Shown here one piece after another: positions 49,781 through 63,358 of a stretch of 64,000 nucleotides of DNA (the first letter of the stretch is position 1; each line of letters starts with the position of its first letter). The notes beneath the pieces were generated by a model. That model was not told where the DNA came from, made no database searches, and saw only the letters and a program-made list of their open reading frames with translations. Position numbers and translations under genes: made by a program. The stretch is from Zygnema circumcarinatum SAG 698-1b (taxonomy: Eukaryota; Plantae; Zygnematophyceae): the NCBI GenBank assembly GCA_037447605.1, contig CM074814.1, positions 2,728,001-2,792,000 on the forward strand, in the 5' to 3' direction.

Positions 49781-52281
49781 TCTCTCCCTCTCCCACCTGC
49801 CGCGGCCGCCGGCTCAAGCAGCAGCAGTCCTCCCTCCCCCGCTCTTTCCGCGAAGGTGCACTCCACCACCACCACGTCATAGCGCTTTCCGTGAGTCCCC
49901 CGAGCGGGCCGAGTCCGGACCTGCCCCTCTAGGGCAGGCCACCTCTCTCTGAGGGAGGGAGGGAGAGAGAGAGAGAGAGGGAGAGGAAGAAATGTAGTCA
50001 GATATAGAGTAAGAACGAGCATTATAATGGTTAACATATATGTACGACATGAAAACAATGATTTTTTTGAATTAGTTAAGTTTACTTGGCTAGGGTTTTG
50101 AGTGGGGGGAGAAGGGGGAGAGGGAGAGAGAGAAATGAGAGGGCGAGGGAGATGGAGTTCCAAGTTCACACAGCAATCGAGAGTAAGAAATAGAAGACGA
50201 GAGAGAGGGCGAGAGGGAGAGAGAGAGGGAGAAGGGGGAAGCCCTCTCCTCTCTTTCCCGGGGAAAGAAAGCGAGGAGAAAAAGAAACGTACATGTTTAA
50301 CTGTTTTTTTTCTGTGGATCCAAAATCCATCCAAAGACACTTTGAAAATATTTCAAAATTGTACTCTGTCAAATGGTCCATCGCCGCCAGACCGACGACA
50401 AAAAATTTAGTCATTGAAAATCGATAAACACTGCAAGAGGTCGACCCAGACAAGAAAAAAAAAAAAAAAAACGAAAAAAGAAACGAAAAATCTAATTAGA
50501 AAATGGGGTTTAAGAAGAATGCTAACCCAAGGATATAAATGCTTTAGGACTCCGAATAAATTAAAATATATATAGGTCAAAAGGGAGTTGCTCCGCATAA
50601 GTTTAGGGTAGAGGGGGAGGATAGGGGGTGAAGGAGGAAAATGAGGNNNNNNNNNNGGGAGAGGGAGGGAGCGAGGGAGGGGGGGACGGAGGGAGGGGAA
50701 AGGGAGGGAGGCGGGGACGTGGGGAGGTGGGAGAGGGAAGGGGGGGAAGGAAGATAAGTAGGGAGGGAGGGAGGGAGGGGGGAGAGGGAGTGTAGGAAAG
50801 GGGGAAGGGAATGGGTGGGAATGGGGAGAGGGACGGAGGGAGGGAGTGAGGGAGGGAGGGGGGAAGGGCGGGAGAGAGGGAGGGTGGCGGGAGGGTGGGG
50901 GGATGGAGGGATGAACGAGCAGGAGGCTTATACCCCAGTAAAAGGGCAGACATAAACCTTCTACTCTTAGCTCTTGCATTTAGTATATACTACTCAATAA
51001 CGAAGGTGCCCTAATGCCCAATGAGTTATCCCTTATGGTCCGAGAGAATGTCAGAGAGAGGAAGGGAGGGAGGGCGGAGCAGCAGACCTGTAGCGCACAA
51101 AGGAATGTGGGGGAGAGCCGAACGGGAGGAAGGCGGGGGAGTGGAGAGGGAGAGCCCCCTCTCTCCCGCGGGCCCTCCCTTTGCCGCGGAGCTCATCCCA
51201 CCAGAAGTGGTGCCGCTCTGCGGGACATTGCAATGGAGCTGCTCAGGAGGGTGGGAGAGAGAGGGGGAGTGGGACGAGGGGGAGAGGGGGAGAGGGGGGA
51301 GGAGGAGAGAGGGGGAAGGGGGAGAGAGGGGGAGTAGGAAGAGGTGGAGTGGAGAGAAGTGGCAGGGGGGAAAGGGGGGTTGGGGAGAGGTGGAGTGGGA
51401 GAGAGGGGGGGGGGAAGAGAGGGGGAGTGGGACGAGGGAGAGAGGGGGAGAGAGGGGGGAGGAGGAGAGAGGGGGGAGGGGGAGAGAGGGGGAGTAGGAA
51501 GAGGTGGAGTGGGACAGAGGAGACAGGGGGGAAAGGGGGGTTGGGGGAGAGGTGGAGTGGTGGAGTGGGAGAGAGGGGGAGTTGGAGCAGGAGGGTGGAA
51601 GAATGGGGGAGTGGGACAAGGGGAGGGATGAGGGCAATGGTGGGAGGGGAAAGGTGTAGGAGAGTGTGTGGGAAGGCGGGTTGGGAGGAGGGAGGATGGG
51701 TGGGAGAGTTCGGGGATGGGAGAGAGAAGTGGGTGGAGAGGAGAGGGAGGTAGAGGGACGTGAGAGGGAGAGGACCGGTGCGAAAGGTTGGTGAAGGTGT
51801 GGAGTGGGCGGACAGAGGGAGCTGTAGATAAGTGGGGGAAACCTTGGAGTTAAGAATTTTAGAATTCAATTTGGGGGGGCAATATAAGGTTGAGAGGAAT
51901 AAATAAAAATCAATTAATAGTGATTAACGATTAAAATAATGACGGTAAACAAATAAGCTTAAAAATAACTGATGAAATAATGAAGGAAAATAGCCGATGA
52001 TAGTTGGATATGGGGTTGGATTTGAACAAGTGCGTAAATCTGGTTGATACAATTTCCAAATAAATTGAGATAACTACTTATACTTTTTTTAAATGATGAA
52101 TGAATGGAGGGGTCCGCTCCTCACTCCGTTCGTCCGGGGGGTTCTGAAGGAGGCGGCGAGAGGGAGGTCGGGGGAAGCTTCCAGGAAGGAGGGCGGGCGC
52201 GGATGGGAGAGTTAGAGGGCCACCGTCGCACGTGTGAAGGACTGACAGAGATACGCTGAATAGCAGGAGGAGGAGGGCCAT
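48042..52281 (-). CDS. Glycosyltransferase family 92 (DUF23), GALS-like galactan synthase homologue, copy A
   Basis: Exons 52125-52281, 51088-51238, 50293-50430, 49797-49948, 48976-49369 and 48042-48678 sum to 1629 nt in frame. Hydrophobic N-terminus; motifs VYRFSMTKFFVVGLA, YDVVVVECTF, LNDCLHRAR, WVFNFDVDEYL, GRRKW, GHYR. The start codon and the first two exons are less certain. Confidence 0.85.
49690..49790. repeat. (CT)n microsatellite in a GT92-A intron
   Basis: Directly visible CT run. Confidence 0.9.
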
Positions 52282-52282
52282 G

Positions 52283-52537
52283 AGGGAGGGAGGGAGGGAG
52301 GGAGGGAGGGAGGGAGGGAGGAGGGAGGGAGGGAGGGAGGGAGGGAGGGAGGGAGGGAGGGAGGGAGGGAGGGAGGAGGAGGGAGGGAGGGAGGGAGGGA
52401 GGGAGGGAGGGAGGAGGGAGGGAGGGAGGGAGGGAGGGAGGGAGTAGGGAGGGAGGGAGGGAGGGAGGAGGGAGGGAGGGAGGGAGGGAGGGAGGGAGGG
52501 AGGGAGGGAGGGAGGAGGAGGGAGAGATCACATTTAA

Positions 52538-52606
<69 letters not shown>

Positions 52607-52612
52607 GAGGGG
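52283..52612. repeat. (GGGA)n followed by (GA)n immediately upstream of the GT92-A start
   Basis: Directly visible tetra- and dinucleotide runs. Confidence 0.9.
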
Positions 52613-52714
52613 GCAATAGAGAGAGGGAGAGAGCGAGACGGTCCCGTGCATTACTACCGACGGCCAACACTCGAGTCTTCAAGGGGGCCTTTCCCATACG
52701 ACAGCTATCTACAA

Positions 52715-53050
52715 CTGAACCAATCACAGAACGCCACGTCTGCACTTGCCGCAACCTGATTGGTTCGTCTGAACAGAGTTTCCCTTCCGATTGGTTCATA
52801 GCGACACAGTTAAACGTTTGACACACACCTTTTGTTGAACACTTCACACTTTATGTGACGTGGCGTTCCTTCATTCGCTGGCGCTTGATGCCAGCTGGCA
52901 CGAGACAAAAGGGAAAGCTCCAAACAGGACATTATTAATTCCGTTCGTACATAACCGGGATTTTTGTACGGTACGGCAGACCGTGTGTCGGCTGCGGAAC
53001 ATGGAAACTGTTTCATTCAACTGTGGACGGGTCTCCGTGAGCGTACTATT
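52715..53050. promoter_or_regulatory. Candidate GT92-A promoter: three GAACCAATC (CCAAT) boxes and four GTAC cores
   Basis: CCAAT at 52720, ATTGG at 52759 and 52790, all in GAACCAATC context; GTAC at about 52947, 52966, 52971 and 53043. Confidence 0.5.
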
Positions 53051-54173
53051 CGGCCTGGGGAGGGGCCAACGAGGGCTTGACACGTGTATGATTCTGACAC
53101 GTGACATGTTGTGATTCGTGGAGACCGTGACGGAGAGGCCCCAGTTGGAGATTTAGTCTTGGAAGCCATCGCTGCCTTCCATCCTCATGAAGTGCAACGT
53201 TTGCAACAACAACAACAACATGCAAAGCATGAGGGAGGCAGTGCGAGAGAGAGAGCGAGAGAAAGATAGAGAGGGAGAGAAAGATTGAGAGAGAGAGAGG
53301 GAGGGGGAGAGAGAGCGAGAGATTGAGAGAGAGAGAGAGAAAGCACCATAGATAAAAGTCGATTTGTTTTTTACGTGCCCAGAAAGCAGGTTGGCAGCAG
53401 AGCAAGAAGCGAGGGGGTCTCAAGGGCAGAGGGGAAAAAAAAAGAGCAACTGAAAAAGATGGGTCTCGTCTCACTCTTTGCAAAGTTCTTATTTTGTACA
53501 AAAAAAAAATTATTGACAAGCAACGAACGAATGAATAGAGGCGAGGGCCCGCCGCGTTTGGCGGCCGACCTTGACCTTGAATGAAAACTTGAATGAAAAA
53601 TCTGACTTCACTTTCTTACAAGCATGGCAATGTCTCCATGGCGGCCCCTCTCCTTGGAGGGTGAGTTGCCCTCACAGAGGGAGGGGCCATGGAGGGAACG
53701 ATCCTGCTTATCATTCAGTCATAGCGTGATGGAGCGGCAGTGCGTGTGAGAGAGAGGGAGAGGAGGAGAGGGAGGTAGAGGAGAGAGAGGGAAGGAGAGG
53801 GATGTAGGGGAGGGAGAGAGGGAGAGAGAGGGAGAGAGAGGGAGAGAGAGGGAGAGAGAGTGGAGAGAGAGGAGAGAGGGAGAGAGAGGGAGGGAGTGAG
53901 GAGGGAGAGGAGGAGGTAGGTGAGGGAGAGAGAGGGAGAGAGAGGGGGAGAGAGGGAGGGAGTGAGGAGGGAGAGGAGAGGGAGGTAGAGGAGAGAGAGG
54001 GAGGGAGAGGGAGGTAGGGGAGGGAGAGAGATAGAGGCAGGGAGGGAGGGAGAGGAGGAGAGGGAAGTCGGGGAGGGAGACGGAGGTTGGGAAGCGGAGG
54101 GGAGGGGGAGGGGGAGGGGGGAGGGGAGAGAAAGAGAGAGAAAGAGAAAGAGTAAGAGAGAGAGAGCGAGAGA

Positions 54174-55568
54174 TCATTCGACAGCTACGACCCCTTCTTT
54201 CTTCCTCATCCTCTCCGCCGTTCTCTTGATCGTAGAGTCAAACATGTACTTCACCTCTCTCCTCTCGAGCCCATACTTACTAACATCCGAAAACTGTGAT
54301 AGCGACGAGTTATAAGAAGCTGCTTCGCAATGTATGGTCGCGGGAGGGAGAGTGATCCGCCGATAGTGACCGATCCAAGCCTTTCTCGCATTCACTGCCA
54401 TCAGACTATCCCTAAAAGTCATATTCAATATGTGATGCCTATGGGGTTCATGCACCTTTGTGAGAGCGACCATCCATGGGTTCATCATCCATTTTCTTCT
54501 CCCATCGGTCCCATCACATCCGAATTCATGATCACTGTACTTTTCCTTATTGTGAATGCAGACAGGCTTCTCTTCTCTATACACCATGTGCTCAACTTTC
54601 CATGAGTGAAGGGAGCGGTTTTCCAAACAATGGCGGACGGTATAGAGGACTGTTCCAAAGGTAACTGTGTGCATTTTCTGAGCCCTTTTGAGGATCGATT
54701 TGATGGTTTGAGGGGGAGGAACCACGAGGTATTCGTCTACGTCGAAGTTGAACACCCACCTGAAAGTAAAGCAAGAAAACAAAGAATTAGCTCTCTCTCT
54801 CCCTCTGTTTCTGTTTCTCGTGCGTCCCCCCTCTCCCTTTCTTCCACTCCCTCTTCAGCTCCCTCCCCCACCTCTTCTCCTCTCTCCTTCCATCCCTTCC
54901 TGTTCCTTACTCCCTCTCTTTCTCTCACACTCCGATTCCTCTAGCCTCCTTCTCCCCCTCTCTCCCTCTTCATCCCTCCCCCACCTCCTCTCCTCTCTCC
55001 TTCCATCCCTTCCTGTTGCGTTCTCTCTCTCTCTCTCACTCTCTCCCTGTCTCTCTCTCTCGTCCCCTGTCTCTCTCTCTCCCCCCCTCTCCCTCTCCGT
55101 TTCCACTTGCCTCCCCCTTCCCCTCTCTCCCTCGCACCTTTTCTCTGCTCTCCTTCCATCCCTTCATGTTCCTTTCTCCCCCTCTCTCTCTCTCTCCGTT
55201 TCCTCCACTTGCCTCCCCCTCCCCCTCTCTCCCTCTTCAGCTCCGTCCCCCACCTCGTCTACTCTCTCCTTCCATCCCTTCCTGATCCGTTCTCTCTCTC
55301 TCTCTCCCCCTCTCTCTCCCCCTCCGTTTCCTCCTCTTGCCTCCCCCTCCCCCTCTCTCCCTCTTCAGCTCCCCCCCCCCTCCTCTTCCCCTCCCTCCTT
55401 CCATCCCTTCCTTTCTCCCCCTCCCTCTCTCCCTCCCTCTCTCCCCCCTCCAACCCCCCCACCTCTGTCCTCATTCATACCTTGCGACATATCGAGCGCG
55501 ATGAAGGCAATCATTCAAAAGCAGAATCTGCGCAAAGTAAAAAGTATCATACTCCGAATGCTTCCTTG
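54174..55568 (-). CDS. Glycosyltransferase family 92 (DUF23), GALS-like, copy B; 5' part lost in the assembly gap
   Basis: Last exon 54174-54759 (WVFNFDVDEYL...GRRKWMMNPW...GHYR) and partial exon 55481-55568 (SEYDTFYFAQILLLNDCLHRARYVAR). The intron position and phase are the same as in copy A. Confidence 0.85.
54790..55460. repeat. Pyrimidine-rich minisatellite (~115-150-bp unit, about 5 copies) in the GT92-B intron
   Basis: The anchor CTCCTTCCATCCCTTC recurs near 54884, 54998, 55149, 55266 and 55395. Confidence 0.75.
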
Positions 55569-55668
55569 NNNNNNNNNNNNNNNNNNNNNNNNNNNNNNNN
55601 NNNNNNNNNNNNNNNNNNNNNNNNNNNNNNNNNNNNNNNNNNNNNNNNNNNNNNNNNNNNNNNNNNNN
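55569..55668. other. 100-N scaffold gap; eight further 10-N gaps at 36938, 43134, 44997, 46419, 47448, 48835, 50647 and 61845
   Basis: N runs in the sequence; the round lengths indicate placeholders of unknown true size. Confidence 0.98.
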
Positions 55669-57079
55669 CGGGCAGCTCGACACGTGGAAGCTGCAGAGGC
55701 TGCCACGTGGCGACTTGCAGCGCACCGACTCTGCGACGTGACAGCTCGCAGAAAAGCGCGGGAAGCTCCAAAACAAGCCATTTTTCTGCACACATAAAAA
55801 AAAATTGATAAGAATCGAGCGAATATGCAGATCACAATGGCTTCTTTCAAGCTCAAATGACTCGAAATATTTCATTTTGTGTTAAAAGGAGCAGCAGACG
55901 AAACCCTAAATACCATAAGAACCCTAAATCCCTACAATCCTGACACCGTGAAAACCCTAAAAATTCTAATGCAGGTCAAAAGCTTCTTTCTTTGTATGAT
56001 CCTCGGCTTGGATCAAAGCTGCCACTTTTTCTTAAAAACTTTCAGCCACAAATGCGTCGATTTGGCTGAGTACATTCAAGAAGGTATCACACTGAGTAAG
56101 CACTATTTCAAATAGTAAGCACAATTTGAAGCTGCTTGGAATCCATCACAATAAGCCTTCAAACGCATTCAAATTCTATGGAAAGCAGCTCATAACCTGT
56201 GAACTAGATTTCAAAATGTCTCGAAAATAGTTACTAGGGTTTTGAGGGTTCATTTGTCAGTAATGAGAGCACTGCAAACCAAAGAGACAAAAAAAAATGC
56301 AGACTGCACGAAAAAATACATTAAAAAACTCTCATCCCCTTTTTTTCGCCCCCCTCCACTCTCCTCTCCCTCTGCCACTCTCTTTCTCTCACTCCCTCCC
56401 TCTATCTGCCCCGCTTATTTTTCGCTCCCCCCTCCACTCTCCCCTCCTCGCCCTCTCTCTCTCCCCTCATCCCTCTCTCTCCCTCGTCTCTCTCACCACC
56501 TCCTCTCTCTCTCCCCCTCGTCTCTCTCTCCCCCTCGTTTTTCTCTTCGGGTCTTTCTCCCCCCTCCTCTCTCTCTCCCCCTCGTCTCTCCCTCTCCCCC
56601 TCGTCTCTCTCTCCCCCTCGTCTCTCCCCCCCCCTCCTCTCTCGCTCTCCCCCCTCTCTCTCCCCCCTCAACCCCTCCTTCCCCCGCCCCCCCCCCCCTC
56701 CCTCCTTTCACTCGCTCTCTCTCTCCCCGCCTCTCACACACCTCCCCTCCACCGTCCCCCACCGACCTACTTTCCGCTGGCCTGCGACTGCCCTCCCTCC
56801 GCGTCGGCCCTGAACCCTCCCCCGCGCGCAGAGACGGCGGCAAAAACCCTCCAGACCCCCCCCCAGCGCCGCCGTACAGCCGGTCCTGAACCTTGGTGGG
56901 ATAAACCCCGCGCTGCGACGAAAGGGCCTGCGCTCCAAACTGAAAATTACTAACCCTGAACCTTAAACCCTAATCTGCACGCTCCGGTACCTCTCTAAGA
57001 AGCTTTCCTTGTTCCTGAACCCTGACCTATGAGCCCACGCCTGTTGCTCTGAACCCTAAGTCGTCATCAAACCCAGCCC

Positions 57080-57211
57080 TAGACCCTAGAGTCCATTCTC
57101 TAAACCCTAAAACCCTGAAACCTGAACCCTGAACCCTGAATTCTAGGCCCTAAACCCTAAACCTTCAGGCCTAAAACCTAAACCCTCGGACCCTCAAAAC
57201 CTTAAACCCTA
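57080..57211 (+). repeat. (CCCTAAA)-type telobox cluster directly upstream of the CSL4 ATG
   Basis: Several AAACCCTA / AACCCTGA units; teloboxes are known plant promoter/5'UTR elements. Confidence 0.8.
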
Positions 57212-57227
57212 CGGCTTCCGAGACGCC

Positions 57228-60253
<3,026 letters not shown>

Positions 60254-60409
60254 CAGTGCCACGTGGCGGATGGGAGGGAGAGTGGGAGCGGACCAGAAGT
60301 GAAAATAAAAAAGAAAGGAAAAGGTTAAAATGTGGGGCTCGAAAATTTGGACGAGATCTCACCCTCGCTGTTAAGCAAGGACTGCTTCCAGTGCCTCTCG
60401 CCTTCTATT

Positions 60410-60990
60410 GGCGTTCAGTGCTCTCTCGCTCCCTCTCTCTCCCCCTCTCTCACTCCCTCTCTCTCTCCCTCTCTCCCCATCACTCTCCCTCTCTCTTTCT
60501 CCCTATCTCTCCCTCAATCTCTCCCTATCTCTTCCTCTTCCTCTCCCTTTCTCTCCCACTCCCCCCCTCTCTCCCTCTCCCTCCCTCTCTCCCCCTCTCT
60601 CCCTCTCCCTCCCTCTCTCCCCTGCTCTCGGTCTCCCTATCTCTCTTCCTCTCCCTCTCTCTCCCTCTCTTTCCCTCCCCCCTTCTCTCCTCCTCTTCCC
60701 CCTCTCTCTCCCTGTCTCCTTCTCCCTCCCTCTCTCCTCTCTCTCGGTCTCCCTATCTCTCGTCCTCTCCCTCTCCTCTCTCCCTCCCTCTCTCTCCCTA
60801 TCCCTTCCTCTTCCTCTCTCTCCCTACCTCTTCCTCTTCCTCTCTCCCTCCCTCTCTCTCCCTATCTCTTCCTCTTCCTCTCTCTCCCTCCCTCTCTCTC
60901 CCTCTTCCTCTTCATCTCTCTCCCTCCCTCTCTCTCCCTTTCTCTTCCTCTTCCTCACTCTCCCTCCCTCTCTCTCCCTCTCTCGCTTCC
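60410..60990. repeat. Polypyrimidine (CT-rich) tract downstream of CSL4
   Basis: About 580 bp of almost only C/T. Confidence 0.92.
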
Positions 60991-61494
60991 GTCGTGCCGC
61001 TTCAGCCGTTCACATTAACGTCTACCAGAGTTTACCGTCACAGACTTGCCGTGACTGTTGCCGATCTAGTTACGGTTACAGTTGCCGTTGAAGCAGCAGT
61101 TAAAAACTTACCGTTACCGTACAGTTGCAGTTTCCGTTTAACTTGTCGTTTATACCGTACAGTACTGTATGTTCTGTCGTCACCGTACGGTACGGCACAT
61201 CGTCGTTTCCGGTTTGTCGGTTGACGCAATGTCGGTCGTACGGTCCAGTTACCGGTCACGAAAAAATTCGTTCACACATGTGTGGGGATTTTTTTTGTTT
61301 TTAGAATAGTCGTTGTTGCGTTCACAATGGTGGGGAGAAAAATTGAGACTAGCCTGTGTCCGTGTGCCACGTGGCATCATCTTGTACGGGAGCCACCGAC
61401 CATCGCCGCAGGACGGTCTACAAAAGCTTCCAGACCGCTTTTTAGCGGGAAAAAAAAATTTAATAAAATTTATAATGGAAGGGAGTTGCTTTTC

Positions 61495-61608
61495 ACACAC
61501 CTTTTGGTCAAGATACACACCTTTTAAAAATATCCCCAAAACCCAGGAAATCCTACAAGAAAATCTCACCGGCGAAGAAACGTGTGTATCTAGAAAAAAA
61601 AGGTGTGT
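61495..61608. repeat. 26-27-bp imperfect inverted repeat around a ~60-bp core (MITE-like)
   Basis: ACACACCTTTTGGTCAAGATACACAC (61495-61520) versus the reverse complement of 61582-61608, ACACACCTTTTTTTTCTAGATACACAC. Confidence 0.65.
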
Positions 61609-61689
61609 AAATAGTATTTTCCCTTAAAGAAATTGACTTTTGCATCTTGTTAAATATATTTTTGTGAGGAAACTTTCATTGAACTCGCG

Positions 61690-62405
61690 ATGGCGAGGCC
61701 ATCAAATGTACATGGATAAAGGCAAAATGTGGAACCACGAAGGACTGGTCACAAAGGACCGAAACACAATAAAACGAAGCTAGGAGCGGAAAACTACGCC
61801 TAGGCACAACAACGCAGCCCTAGAAGCAGCCGCGAAGGTCACCGNNNNNNNNNNAAAAGTAGCCAAGATTGCCGGAGGAGGGCTTCAGGGGCCGTGCATC
61901 TCGAAGAGCGATGGGCGCACTGGCGAAGGAAGGTATCCAAACGGGTGTCGAGGCAGCCAAAAATCTCAATAGCCATAGGAACAAACTTGTCGGCTGCATC
62001 ACGGTGAGCATATGCACGCTCCTTGCGAAGGGCCGCATCGCGAGCAGCCACGCCTTCATGATGTGCTGCACGTGACAATAAATCGCGACGGGTTGGATCG
62101 GCCAACACAGTATCCCCAAAAATACGCCGGGCACCATCCATAAGAGCCAAATCAGGGCGAACTCCGCGCTCGCCACGAATAGTCGGCCGTGGGGACACCA
62201 GGTGGCTCGGCTCCCGTCGCACAAGGTAGTTAGCTTCTTGAGCCACCGCAGCAATCGCATCGCGCACAACATTATGAGCCAAAATGCGTTCGCCCCCGTG
62301 TGCACATCGAAGTAGATGAACGCCCTGCGCATCAACCGAATCACCACAAACACAACGAGGAGAACCCTGCAATGGCGGATGGGGGAGCCCGAGACACATT
62401 GTCAC
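61690..62405 (-). mobile_element. 5'-truncated non-LTR retrotransposon of the RLE class (CRE/R2-like): zinc knuckle, restriction-like endonuclease and 3'UTR
   Basis: Minus-strand frame 61855-62405: LGLPHP...CVCGDSVDAQGVHLLRC...RILAHNVVRD...RPDL...GDTVLADP...AARDAALRKERAY...FVPMAIEIFG. No RT domain is present. The 3' boundary is approximate. Confidence 0.8.
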
Positions 62406-62479
62406 GTCACGGGCAGATTAAAACCATTCCTGGCGGACTCTGTTTGTAATATTCACGAAAGTCCACCAAAGTCAGAATC

Positions 62480-62612
62480 GTCTTTACCGTACGGACGCGC
62501 CTCCGTACGGAAACAAACTCCTGTCAACGTACAGTACTGTACGAATACTGAGCAACGCCGTGCAGTACGGATACATGGTCATGGTCGTATGACCGTACGG
62601 ACCGTACCTGCG
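62480..62612. promoter_or_regulatory. Dense CCGTAC/GTAC cluster in the proximal promoter of the SUB1-like gene
   Basis: Eight GTAC cores in ~125 bp, ending ~65 bp before the ATG at 62676. Confidence 0.6.
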
Positions 62613-62675
62613 CCCTCCCCACTCCCTCTCCTCCTCCCTCCCCTCCCTCGCTCCCTCTCCCTCGCAGCAGCAGCC

Positions 62676-63358
62676 ATGCCTTCCCTTCCCCCCCACCTCC
62701 TCCCTCGCCGCAGAGCCGCTGCGGCGCGTGCCTCATGGTGGCGCCGCGTGGCTCTGACCGTCATCCTCGCCCTCTCCCTCCTCCTCTTTGGACGCTTCTA
62801 CTCCCCTCCCTCTACCTCCATAGACAGCCCCGAGCCCCCCAAGATCGTTTCGAAAGCCTCACAAGCGGGAGATCCCCAGCTCAACAACCTAGACAAATTA
62901 CTGGGGGATCTGGTCAAGAGAAAGCAGAGGCAGGAGGGCTCAGCAGGAGAAGAATCAGTAGAGCCTCCTCCCGCTGAAGACGAGGCCACTACAGAGTTAG
63001 AGAGAAAGCTCCGCCAGTTCGTGAGGAAGGACAAGACCTCTCTCACTCCCTCTCTCTCTCCCCCTCTCCCTCCCGCTGCTCTCTCTCCTCCTGCTGACCC
63101 CATGGCCTGGCGCACGTGGAAGGGAGAGTGGAGCTTCGACCCCGAGCAGCGCTACCTCTTCTATCCGCGCTATCCCTCCGACTTCATGGTCGCATGGGGC
63201 CATCGAAAATGGAGCATGACATGCATGGCGGGGGAGGCTTTGGCCACCCATCGCATCCTCGTCGTGGATGCGGACGCGGGTCTCCCGGCCGTATACAGCA
63301 ATGGGACGGCTCGAAACGCAAAATTTGAGCAATATTTTGACCTTTGGCACTTGCGCAA
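62676..63358 (+). CDS. Exon 1 of a type II membrane, SUB1/At4g08810-like putative O-fucosyltransferase-family protein; the rest lies downstream and was not traced
   Basis: MPSLPPHLLPRRR followed by a TM segment (VALTVILALSLLLFGRFY) and a stem. Then RYLFYPR...WSMTCMAGEALATHRILVVD...FEQYFDLWHLR, recalled as matching RYLYY...WSFLCxLGEAxYLNRTxVMD...FxxYFDFEHL. Probable donor AA|GTACGA at 63358/63359. Confidence 0.7.

Noticed and set aside
53100-53584. ~160-codon stop-free plus-strand frame (…LEAIAAFHPHEVQRLQQQQQ…)
   Set aside because: No ATG or acceptor, largely GA/CAA microsatellite, and no recognisable domain.
55940-56140. Minus-strand frame ...QIDAFVAESF*EKVAALIQAEDHTKKEAFDLH* as stop-codon readthrough or recoding
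   Set aside because: No recognisable homology, start or splice support. All identified genes use the standard code with ordinary stops.
62316-62675. N-terminal 120 aa of the 359-aa ORF in the track
   Set aside because: It runs through the antisense retrotransposon fragment and the GTAC promoter block. The in-context GCCATG at 62676 gives a normal type II membrane N-terminus.
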